This document shows positions 9,828 through 18,324 of a stretch of DNA of 34,691 bases, piece after piece (within the stretch, counting starts at the first letter, position 1; every line of letters begins with the position of its first letter). A program made the translations under genes and the position numbers. Origin of the DNA: Promethearchaeota archaeon (GTDB taxonomy: Archaea; Asgardarchaeota; Lokiarchaeia; Sigyniarchaeales; SOKP01); the NCBI GenBank assembly GCA_048938445.1, contig JBHLME010000040.1, positions 1 through 34,691 on the forward strand, given 5' to 3'. Under the pieces are notes generated by a model. It was not told the origin of the DNA, made no database searches, and saw only the letters and a list, made by a program, of their open reading frames with translations.

Positions 9828-10115
9828 ATGTCAAGCATTAAAATTGAATTTTTATCTATACTTTCAGAATTTATAGATAGAGATGAATTGGAGATTCCCA
9901 TCCAAAATAAGATTTCATTAGATTCGTTAATTGAAAAAATGATTGAAAAATATGGTGATGAATTTAGAAATAGGATTTTGGATGATAATGGGAATTTGCA
10001 TAAATTTATATTATTAGCTATAAATGGTAATCAAATTACTTCCTCAGATGAGATGGACATTTTAATCCAAAGCGGTGATGAAGTATCATTTATTCCTGCC
10101 ATAGCTGGAGGTTAA
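9828..10115 (+). CDS. MoaD/ThiS/SAMP ubiquitin-like sulfur carrier
   Basis: Beta-grasp size; GDEVSFIPAIAGG C-terminal diglycine. Confidence 0.9.
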   Translation: MSSIKIEFLSILSEFIDRDELEIPIQNKISLDSLIEKMIEKYGDEFRNRILDDNGNLHKFILLAINGNQITSSDEMDILIQSGDEVSFIPAIAGG

Positions 10116-10246
10116 AATGTGTTAGTGTTTTTTTAAATCTTGTAAATATTTAAAATTTTTATTCAATTTTTAGATAACATATTATCCATTTATTAAAGGT
10201 ATTCATCGTTATCTTAGATAATAGTATTTTTTCTAAATTATTAATA

Positions 10247-10332
10247 ACTTTGCAGATTAAAGTTTCATAATTATTTATGATAATGTTCATGCTCAAAACT
10301 TTGCAATGCAAAGTAAAACGAACATTTAAATA
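10247..10332 (+). promoter_or_regulatory. Tandem operators ACTTT-N7-AAAGT plus TATA box for the ABC/wHTH cassette
   Basis: ACTTTGCAGATTAAAGT (10247-10263), perfect ACTTTGCAATGCAAAGT (10298-10314), then TTTAAATA at 10325-10332. Confidence 0.65.
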
Positions 10333-10578
10333 GTCACCTTAATATATATTAAATAGGAACTTGAGTTAGTTCCACTGGACAAGGGAAAAACAGTTGAATT
10401 CATTTATATTAAGGTCCCGTAATTCAATTTAGGAAGTTAAAGATTTATATTTAGAGGAATGCGACCTGAATTCGGTTTAAGCGGATATTTTTATTAGATT
10501 AAATATGTTCAGTTCAATTTAGATTAAATAAAAAAAATAGAATGAAAAAAATAATAAAAAAAATGGAGTATTAAGAAA

Positions 10579-10800
10579 ATGTTAAAATCAAGGATTAACA
10601 GGAGATATTTATTAGCAATTGGATCATTTTCATTACTAATCTCGATTCTTTTAGGCAGAATCGGAGCGGGTATTCCGATTATTGAATTTTTGGAAGGAAT
10701 GTTCATGGGGCTTTCATTAACATTAAATTTAGCAATACTAATAGAATACTCTATAAATAAGAGAACAGTTATGAATGAAAAAAAACAGATTGAGGTATAG
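10579..10800 (+). CDS. Small two-TM membrane protein
   Basis: Two hydrophobic segments; GGAG SD upstream; first gene of ABC operon. Confidence 0.65.
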   Translation: MLKSRINRRYLLAIGSFSLLISILLGRIGAGIPIIEFLEGMFMGLSLTLNLAILIEYSINKRTVMNEKKQIEV

Positions 10801-10804
10801 TAAA

Positions 10805-11635
10805 ATGAATAATAAATATGCAATATTAACAAAACAACTTTCAAAGGAGTTTGGTAGTTTAACTGCCGTGAATAAGTTAAACTTGAAAATTCCCTATGGT
10901 AAAACCTATGGTCTTTTAGGTCCAAATGGTGCAGGTAAGACAACTACGGTTAGGATGTTAAATGCTATAATAACCAAAACTGCAGGCAACGCATCAATTG
11001 GGGGTTATGATATTGATTCTCAAAGCAAACAAATAAAAATGATTTGTGGATTTCTTCCTGAATCACCAGGTTTATATCAAAAGCTCACTCCGAATGAGTT
11101 TTTAGATTTTATTGGAGAATTATATTATCTACCAAAACACGTCATCCATGGAAGAATTAAAGAACTTTTAGAACTTTTTGACTTAAAAGGGCGTGAAAAT
11201 GATCTACTTGAAGGATTTTCAAGAGGAATGAAGCAAAAAATATGTTTATGTGCTGCGTTAATACAGGATCCAAAGATTATATTTTTGGATGAACCTACAT
11301 CCAATTTAGATCCTGCAGCAGCAAGGATGGTCAAAGATCTTATTTCTTTATTAGCTAAAAAGGCAGATAAAACAGTATTCATATGTACTCATCTCTTAGA
11401 TGCAGCAGAGGAATTATGTGACATAATAGGAATTATTGATAAAGGTGTGCTTAAGGTAGAAGGAACACCCCAAGAAATCATTGAATCTGTTGGAGCTAGT
11501 GATCTTGAAGATGCTTATCTTAAAATCATGGGCGTTTCTCACATTGATGATTTATTGGGATGGAGAAAAAACCATGAATATGAACAAGATCTCAAGACTG
11601 TAAAAAAGAGTAAAAGGAAAAAATTAAAAATTTGA
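10805..11635 (+). CDS. ABC-2 type exporter ATP-binding protein
   Basis: Walker A GPNGAGKTT, signature FSRGMKQK, Walker B IIFLDEP, H-loop; start ATG 10805. Confidence 0.92.
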   Translation: MNNKYAILTKQLSKEFGSLTAVNKLNLKIPYGKTYGLLGPNGAGKTTTVRMLNAIITKTAGNASIGGYDIDSQSKQIKMICGFLPESPGLYQKLTPNEFLDFIGELYYLPKHVIHGRIKELLELFDLKGRENDLLEGFSRGMKQKICLCAALIQDPKIIFLDEPTSNLDPAAARMVKDLISLLAKKADKTVFICTHLLDAAEELCDIIGIIDKGVLKVEGTPQEIIESVGASDLEDAYLKIMGVSHIDDLLGWRKNHEYEQDLKTVKKSKRKKLKI

Positions 11636-13323
11636 GAGTGATAGAAGTGTTAAGCGAAGAATTAATTGAACCAGGGGTTCAAAGTGAACAAATTATTGAT
11701 TTTGTAGACTTCAAGCGACTTAAGAAGAGTCTTTGGATACCTATTGCTAAAAATGAGATTAGAATAAGAACTAGTGCTTTAAGAAACTATCGGAAGATGT
11801 TCTTTTTAGGATTATATGGGTTTCTAACTATTTGGGCATTTATCTTAGCACCTTTACTTTTTGATGCTTTTATGCCACAGTTAGCATCTATTGAGGAAAT
11901 TTCTAGCATTTTTTTACCAATGATTGGTGTTATAATAGAATTCTTGATGATGATGTTTTTTCTAATTTTACTTATGTATCCGATGAATATCGTGTATCGT
12001 AAAACTGAAATTGGCTTTAAAGAAACGCTATTGGCATCTCCAACCACGGCAGGTGATATTTTTATGGGGGAATTCATGGGGAAAATGCCGATCTATTTAA
12101 TAGCAGTCTTGATCTTTGCACCTATAGTTGTAGGTTTAGTAAATCCAATAATATCGCTTACATTTATCCAACAAGTAATAATTTATACTTGTATATTCGG
12201 GCTTGTATTCTTAGGAAACTTGATGGGGACCATTATGGCTTCTTGGATTGAACATAGAATCTCAAAGAGTGAGAAGGCTAGAGATATGGGTAAAGCTTTA
12301 ATCATGGTTCTAACGATAGTAATGATCATAATCATGTATTCGCTGATGTTTTTCTTCCAGTTTTTGTTCGAAAATCCTGGACTTAGAAATTGGTTAAATC
12401 TCTATCCTTCACTCTGGTTTTCTAACATAATTCAATTCACGATCGAACCTTCCTTAATAGAAACATATGTATTAGATATTTGGACGAGTTCATTATTAGC
12501 AGTAATTGTTCCACTAGTAATACTTTATATAGCGTATAAAAAAGCAAGCTCTTTTTATTCATTAGAAGGTAGTGTAGAGAAGGAATCAGCAATAATAAAA
12601 GAAGAAAATCTTTTTTACCGATTTATGAGAATAGTATCTGGTCGTAAATGGGGTGGATTGATCGTCACTCAGTACAAGCAATTACTTAGGAAGAAAGAAA
12701 ACATTGCAAGGATGGCCTTTAGTATAGGATTAGTTGGATTCATGGGTTGGTTCATGGGAAGCACTATGGATGATATATTTGGTTTGACCTTGGGGACCAC
12801 GCTTTTAACCACTCTTGGTGGTGCAGTTTTTAGCATAATGGTTGGTCATTTAATTTTCATAGACTCGAAAGATCTGGTATGGGTTTATAAAAGATCACCT
12901 CGAGGAATCAATAGTTTAGTCTATTCTTATTTCTTGATGCTATTGACATTAAACCTTCTCATTGGAATAGGATTTATAATACTTCTCTCAATATTTCTCA
13001 AGTTAGATCTCATAACTAGTATATTCTTCTATTTCACTTTTGTTGGTTATACTCAGATATGTTTCGTTCAAACAATTGGAATTCAATGCATATCACCCGC
13101 TTTTGAAATAAAAGGCAAAAATATGCAGTCCAATGCGATGATCTCCATGGTATTGATGCAAATACCGATGTTCTTGATCATCTTTGGTATGATAGGGCTC
13201 GATAGAATTATTCCCGTGGAAATACTACTATATGTCTTGTTAGGTATTACATTTTTAGTTAATACAGTAATCTCTGTTCCATTGTTCTTGATAGGATTAA
13301 AAAAACTAAATAAAATAGAATAA
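11632..13323 (+). CDS. ABC exporter permease (polytopic, two repeated halves)
   Basis: Many TM segments; overlaps the ATPase stop codon. Confidence 0.78.
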   Translation: MRVIEVLSEELIEPGVQSEQIIDFVDFKRLKKSLWIPIAKNEIRIRTSALRNYRKMFFLGLYGFLTIWAFILAPLLFDAFMPQLASIEEISSIFLPMIGVIIEFLMMMFFLILLMYPMNIVYRKTEIGFKETLLASPTTAGDIFMGEFMGKMPIYLIAVLIFAPIVVGLVNPIISLTFIQQVIIYTCIFGLVFLGNLMGTIMASWIEHRISKSEKARDMGKALIMVLTIVMIIIMYSLMFFFQFLFENPGLRNWLNLYPSLWFSNIIQFTIEPSLIETYVLDIWTSSLLAVIVPLVILYIAYKKASSFYSLEGSVEKESAIIKEENLFYRFMRIVSGRKWGGLIVTQYKQLLRKKENIARMAFSIGLVGFMGWFMGSTMDDIFGLTLGTTLLTTLGGAVFSIMVGHLIFIDSKDLVWVYKRSPRGINSLVYSYFLMLLTLNLLIGIGFIILLSIFLKLDLITSIFFYFTFVGYTQICFVQTIGIQCISPAFEIKGKNMQSNAMISMVLMQIPMFLIIFGMIGLDRIIPVEILLYVLLGITFLVNTVISVPLFLIGLKKLNKIE

Positions 13324-13521
13324 ATCAACACTATTTTTTTTTCTTCTTAAAAAATTATCAAATGAAAAATAACAAGAAATAAATTAGTTGAGGTTTAAAT
13401 CATGAACAGGTTATAATTAGTAAGAATAATATTAAATGTAATCTATATAGCATTATTCATTATTGGATATTATTAATAATCAATCAGATTAATGAATATT
13501 AAATGCATTTTAGTGAAAAGA

Positions 13522-14160
13522 ATGACATAAAATTTAGATCTTAAAAAAATTGAAAAAAAAACATGGCGTTCTTTTTTTGAGGATGGAATTTTTGAAATAT
13601 ATTTGGGATTATTGCATATAGGAGTAGGTATTGCATGGTCTTTCATTGATGTTGCACCTTTTTCAGTCTTTAATCTATTCGGGATTATTCTTATAGTCTT
13701 TGGATTTCTATTTTTTATTTTAGGAAAGAAATTCATCACCATTCCTAGAGTTGGTAAAATTAAATTCGGGAGGAAACGTAAGGTGAGAAAAATGAAAACC
13801 GTCATTATTTTAAGCGTGAATGTCATTTTACTCTTGATAATTTACTTATTTGGTTTATTATCACCACCAGAATATTTGATTTTTCCAAGCTGGTTTAATA
13901 GTTTAATCATTGGATTTTTATTTACGGGTGTACCAATGAGTATAGTTGCTTATTTTCTTGATTTTCCCAGATTATATATTATTGCATTTCAATGGAGCAT
14001 TACAATTTTTTTGTTAGATATGTTCTCATTAATTTTATCAGAACCCTTTAATATCATAATAACTTTTGCGATAAATGGATCAATCATGGTATGTATGGGA
14101 TTGTATTTCTTCATAAAATTCTTGATAAAATATCCATCACCTAAGAAGGAGGGAGAATGA
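13522..14160 (+). pseudogene. Membrane protein paralogous to 14164-14796, with nonsense codon at position 3
   Basis: ATG ACA TAA AAT TTA GAT... = MT*NLDLKKIEKKTWRSFFEDGIFEIYLG aligns with MAEKINLKDLERKAWKSFFQDGLWDIYFG of the neighbour; the ORF track starts only at 13603. Confidence 0.6.
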
Positions 14161-14163
14161 AAA

Positions 14164-14796
14164 TTGGCAGAAAAAATAAATCTTAAGGATCTTGAACGAA
14201 AAGCATGGAAGTCATTTTTCCAAGATGGATTATGGGACATTTATTTTGGATTAATATTGTTAGGACTTGCAGCAAGCCAATTATTATATCTTTTACCATT
14301 TCCTGAACTAATAAACTTGTTCATAGTGTTAATTCCAATTTATTCTATTGCAATGTTAATATTAACACTTGGGAAAAAATATATTACAACTCCCAGAATT
14401 GGAAAAATCAAGTTTGGATTAAAACGAAAAAAAATCAAGAAACGATTAGCAATAATAATATTAATTCAGGTGGGATTTACCGTGAGCATGGTAATTTTAA
14501 CAAGTCTAGGTTTGTTTTATTACTTACAAATTAATTCCTTAATACTCATGCTAATTATTGGATTATTATTCCTCACTTTTCCAATAGGAATCTTAGCTTT
14601 TTATTGGGATTATCCTCGATTATATATCTATGGTTTATTGGGAGGGATGGGTTTTTTTATTGCCGAATTGTTGCATCCAATTATCGGAGAACCGTTAAAT
14701 TTAATTTTACCTTATTCTTGTATCGCAACTAGTATAATTATTGTTGGTTTAGTTTATTTCTTAAAATTCCTTCATAAATATCCAAAAGTAAATTAG
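14164..14796 (+). CDS. Hypothetical 6-TM membrane protein associated with winged-helix regulator
   Basis: DGL.DI..G and KKYIT.PRIG.IKF motifs shared with the upstream paralog; TTG start. Confidence 0.75.
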   Translation: MAEKINLKDLERKAWKSFFQDGLWDIYFGLILLGLAASQLLYLLPFPELINLFIVLIPIYSIAMLILTLGKKYITTPRIGKIKFGLKRKKIKKRLAIIILIQVGFTVSMVILTSLGLFYYLQINSLILMLIIGLLFLTFPIGILAFYWDYPRLYIYGLLGGMGFFIAELLHPIIGEPLNLILPYSCIATSIIIVGLVYFLKFLHKYPKVN

Positions 14797-14806
14797 GTGA
14801 TATCAA

Positions 14807-15142
14807 ATAGAAAAAAAGGACACAGAATCCAAAGAGACTATATTTCAAGCAAAAGAAATAGATAAACTCATTCATGAGCCTGCACGTTTATCAATAATAG
14901 CGGTGCTTTATGTAGTCGAGAGTGCGGATTTTGTTGCCTTAAGAACTCAAACGGGATTGACAGATGGAAATTTATCAGCCCATCTTGCTAAACTTGAAGA
15001 GGCTGGCTATATAGAAGTTGAAAAGAAAACTAAAGCCAAAAAATCATTGACGATGCTTAAACTGTCTGAAAAAGGTAGGAAAGCGTTTGATGAATATCGT
15101 AAAAAAATGACTCAAGTTTTAACGGGTTTAAATGGAAAATAG
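14807..15142 (+). CDS. Winged-helix DNA-binding regulator (HTH_34/ArsR-like); likely ATA start
   Basis: Frame open upstream of 14903 through IDKLIHEPARLSII; TDGNLSAHL.KLEEAGYI motif; AGGTGA SD at 14795-14800. Confidence 0.85.
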   Translation: MEKKDTESKETIFQAKEIDKLIHEPARLSIIAVLYVVESADFVALRTQTGLTDGNLSAHLAKLEEAGYIEVEKKTKAKKSLTMLKLSEKGRKAFDEYRKKMTQVLTGLNGK

Positions 15143-15164
15143 TTTTTTTTAATAATTATATTAT

Positions 15165-15641
15165 TTAAGGGATAATAATTGAATGATCTTCCTTTATTCT
15201 ATCAAGTACTATTTCAGTTTTTACTTCTTCGACACCTGGAAGATTTCTGAGTTTACCAATTACGCTCATTGCTTGTTCATGACCAAGACATTTGAACATG
15301 AGAAAGATGGGATATTCTCCAGTTACGATATACGCGTATTTTATTTCATAAATTTGTTCGACTTGAGTCTTAATCTGTTCTAAGGGTTTTGTTGAATTTA
15401 CTCGTAAAGACGCTAAGACCATCTCATGATATCCTAATCTCCGACAATCTACTATTGCAGCATATTTTTTTATTAAACTATCCTCTAATTTCTTGATCCT
15501 TTCCCTGACAGCAGTTTGGCTTTTTCCCGTTTTAATTGAAATTTCTTTAATCGTGGTCTTTGCGTCTTCTTGCAATAATTCTAGAATCTGCCTATCAATA
15601 CCATCAAGGTTATCAATACTATCTATATTATTTGAAGTCAT
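15165..15641 (-). CDS. Lrp/AsnC family transcriptional regulator
   Basis: LD.IDRQILELLQEDAK, V.ERIKKLE HTH, VTGEY RAM-domain motif; divergent from the tusA-dsrE-hdr operon. Confidence 0.9.
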   Translation of the reverse strand: MTSNNIDSIDNLDGIDRQILELLQEDAKTTIKEISIKTGKSQTAVRERIKKLEDSLIKKYAAIVDCRRLGYHEMVLASLRVNSTKPLEQIKTQVEQIYEIKYAYIVTGEYPIFLMFKCLGHEQAMSVIGKLRNLPGVEEVKTEIVLDRIKEDHSIIIP

Positions 15642-15761
15642 ATGAATACACGTTTAGTTTAATTTACTACTTTCTTTAAATAATAATTAGTTTTTTTCAC
15701 TAATATTAATTTATTTTTTTTTCATAATATCTAATGAAATAATAATTTATAAATTTTTTTA

Positions 15762-15797
15762 CTAATAACATTTAAATATATAGAATTTTTATCTATT
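15762..15797 (+). promoter_or_regulatory. Promoter/operator of tusA-dsrEFH-hdr operon (TATA + ATAGA-N7-TCTAT palindrome)
   Basis: CTAATAACATTTAAATATATAGAATTTTTATCTATT; near-identical copy at 29709-29744. Confidence 0.7.
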
Positions 15798-15873
15798 CTT
15801 AGGATCGATTTTAGTTTAAAAAACCACGATCCATATAAAAAATAAAAAAAAATTGTTTAATAGATGATAAAAT

Positions 15874-16098
15874 ATGGCGGATATAACTCTTGATGCTAAG
15901 GGCAAGAAATGCCCAATGCCGGTATTAATGACAAAAAAAGAATTAAAAAAGTTAAATTCAGGTCAGACAATTGAGTTAATTGCTGATGACGTGGGTGCTT
16001 TAAAGGATGTACCTGCTCTCATAAAAAAAACAGGCGATGAAATTCTTGAGACTAATCAAGAAGGTGAAGTAATCACTTTTGTGATTCAAAAAGCATAA
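15874..16098 (+). CDS. tusA: Sulfur carrier TusA (copy 2)
   Basis: LDAKGKKCPMPVL motif. Confidence 0.92.
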   Translation: MADITLDAKGKKCPMPVLMTKKELKKLNSGQTIELIADDVGALKDVPALIKKTGDEILETNQEGEVITFVIQKA

Positions 16099-16126
16099 AA
16101 TTCAATTCAAGGAGGCATTTATTACC

Positions 16127-16495
16127 ATGACAACGTATACTTTTTTACTCTGCACGGAGCCTTACAAGTTCGAAGCAACAGACACGCTTCTAAAATTATG
16201 TGAGGCAATTATCGAGAAAGGTAATACCATTAAGGGTATTTTCACTTTTGGTAGTGGTGTATACAATATAAAAAAGGATATAAGCACGGGAACTTCTACG
16301 AGAAATCTTCCTGAAAAATTAGAAAATTTTTGCCAAAAATATGGAATAACGGTTGCAGGTTGTAGTACTTGGGTGGGATTAACAGGGATAAATGAAGAAA
16401 ATTTCATAAGTGCCGGAAAAGATGAAGGCTTGGGAGAATTATCAAATTGGTCCTATGAATCTGATAAATTAATTGTTTTTGGAGCAGGAGGTTAA
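16127..16495 (+). CDS. dsrE: DsrE/TusD family sulfurtransferase
   Basis: PY near N-terminus, IF.FG.GVYN, Cys in AGCST at the active-site position, GLGEL.....SDKLI.FG. Confidence 0.8.
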   Translation: MTTYTFLLCTEPYKFEATDTLLKLCEAIIEKGNTIKGIFTFGSGVYNIKKDISTGTSTRNLPEKLENFCQKYGITVAGCSTWVGLTGINEENFISAGKDEGLGELSNWSYESDKLIVFGAGG

Positions 16496-16500
16496 TAAAG

Positions 16501-16869
16501 ATGATCGAATCTGTAGTTATTATATGTGATAAATCACCAATCGGAAAAAATTCAGCAATAGAAGCAATTAGATTGGGATCAGGGTTTATGGGATTAGGTG
16601 AAGAAATTGACTGTAAAATTGTTTTTACAGGAGATGCGGTATATTTACTAAGTAAAAATGCAGATCCAACAGCGGTTGGAATGGATTCATATGAAGAAGC
16701 ATTAGAAATGGCAGATTTATCAGATTTAGAATTGAAAGTAATTGATACTAGTTTAAATGATGCGGGATTAACGAATGATGACTTGATTGAATACGAAAAT
16801 CTCAAAATTATTGATATTAATGATTTAGCAGAAATAATTGGAGGAGCAACGACTACATTTCGGTTTTAA
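16501..16869 (+). CDS. dsrF: DsrF/TusC family protein
   Basis: SP.G...A.EA.R, VF.GDAVY.L motifs; between dsrE and dsrH. Confidence 0.75.
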   Translation: MIESVVIICDKSPIGKNSAIEAIRLGSGFMGLGEEIDCKIVFTGDAVYLLSKNADPTAVGMDSYEEALEMADLSDLELKVIDTSLNDAGLTNDDLIEYENLKIIDINDLAEIIGGATTTFRF

Positions 16870-16883
16870 AGGAGGTTTATGAC

Positions 16884-17225
16884 ATGTTTGAAAAATTAAA
16901 TATAGTTTACTTGTATGGATATGGTCCTAATGAAAAGATTCACGTGGATACATTAGTTCCTTTGATAAAAAGTCAAAGTGCTAATGATACAAAAGTAGGG
17001 ATAGTATTGATACATGATGGTGTAATTATTGCTTCTTCAAAAAGAAAAATAGATAGTCATTTGAAAGAATTCATTGAATTACCTATTACGTATTACGTGA
17101 TGACTTCCGATTTAAAAGCACGTGGAATTGCACTAGATTCTATTAGCGCTAATATGAAAGCGATTGAATACGGGGACCTAGTAGATATCTTAGATTCTTC
17201 AGAGAAGATAATATCATGGATGTAA
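16884..17225 (+). CDS. dsrH: DsrH/TusB family protein
   Basis: LIHDGV, DLKARGI, I.Y.DLVD...II.W motifs. Confidence 0.8.
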   Translation: MFEKLNIVYLYGYGPNEKIHVDTLVPLIKSQSANDTKVGIVLIHDGVIIASSKRKIDSHLKEFIELPITYYVMTSDLKARGIALDSISANMKAIEYGDLVDILDSSEKIISWM

Positions 17226-17304
17226 TTTTAAAAATAATTTTTTTAAAGAAAATAGCCTTGAGCTAAAAAAAAAAACGAAAAATAAAACAAAAAACGTGAA
17301 AAAA

Positions 17305-17721
17305 ATGGTTGAAAATGTAAATTTTATTGTAAAAGATAAATCTTTTGAAAAATTTGCAATGATGATGATCCTGGGCACTACAGGAGACGCCATGGATGTT
17401 AAGATGAATTTTTTCTTTACTTTTTGGGGTTTAAACCTTTTAAAAAAGAAATTTAAACCAAAAGTAGCCGGAATGCCAACTCCTATGAAAGGTATGGGCG
17501 CAAAAATATTCTTAAAGAGAATGAAAAAATTCGGAATTGAAGATCCATGGGGTATGATCAAGGAAGCAGTCGAAAACGGTAACATGAAACTTTATCCATG
17601 CCAAATGACAATGGATTTAATGGGTATTAAAAAAGAAGAGCTACTTGATTTCGTAGAAGAACCTGTTGGAGCTGCCAGTTTTTTGGAAATGAGCGAAGGT
17701 GGAAGGATAGTATCATTGTAA
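17305..17721 (+). CDS. DsrE2-like (DrsE_2) sulfurtransferase
   Basis: FFFTFWGL.LLKK, YPCQMTMDLMG, VGAA.FLE motifs; start ATG 17305. Confidence 0.85.
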   Translation: MVENVNFIVKDKSFEKFAMMMILGTTGDAMDVKMNFFFTFWGLNLLKKKFKPKVAGMPTPMKGMGAKIFLKRMKKFGIEDPWGMIKEAVENGNMKLYPCQMTMDLMGIKKEELLDFVEEPVGAASFLEMSEGGRIVSL

Positions 17722-17735
17722 TTTTTTTTTTTTTT
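17722..17735 (+). terminator. T14 tract between dsrE2 and hdrC (possible internal archaeal terminator)
   Basis: 14 consecutive T immediately after the stop codon. Confidence 0.45.
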
Positions 17736-17751
17736 AATTTATTAAAATTAG

Positions 17752-18324
17752 GTGATAAAAATATCGGATGTTAAAGATAAAGAAGAAGAAACAAGACAAT
17801 TTAAAACTGATGATGATTTCGACTCACAATTTTTTAAAGATATTGAAAGAAAATCAAATATATGGTCATGCATCCAATGCGGAACTTGTACTGCTTCATG
17901 TGAAAGCGGTAGATGGACTGCACTTAAAACTCGTAATATTATTCGAAGAGTCGTGCTTGGAGATTTAGAAGTTTTAAAAGATCCTGATATATGGCTTTGC
18001 ACGACCTGTTATCAATGTTATGAGAGATGTCCCAGAGATGTTCGCCCGACAGATGTCATAATGGAATTAAGAAATTATGCTACGAAATTAGGAAATATCA
18101 GTCCTAATCATAGGGCAGTTGTAGGATATCTTAAAAATACGGGACATGCGGTCCCAATTAACGATAAAATTAGGCAACAAAGAGTCGAATTAGGTTTAGA
18201 AGAACTCCCACCAACATTATTTAAATATAAAGAGGCGGGAGATGATAAAGATTTAAAAAATATTGAAGAAAAAATGTTTGATTTACCCGAACCAAAAAAA
18301 GAAAAGAAGGAGGAGAAGAAATAA
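17752..18324 (+). CDS. hdrC: Heterodisulfide reductase subunit C
   Basis: CIQCGTCTASC and WLCTTCYQCYERCPR 2x[4Fe-4S]; GHAVP. The true start may be ATA 17761 because GTG 17752 lies inside the AGGTGA SD. Confidence 0.92.
   Translation: MIKISDVKDKEEETRQFKTDDDFDSQFFKDIERKSNIWSCIQCGTCTASCESGRWTALKTRNIIRRVVLGDLEVLKDPDIWLCTTCYQCYERCPRDVRPTDVIMELRNYATKLGNISPNHRAVVGYLKNTGHAVPINDKIRQQRVELGLEELPPTLFKYKEAGDDKDLKNIEEKMFDLPEPKKEKKEEKK

Noticed and set aside
10356-10490. Cobalamin or SAM riboswitch in the ABC-cassette leader
   Set aside because: Only an AAGGGAA fragment resembles the cobalamin consensus; core elements not found
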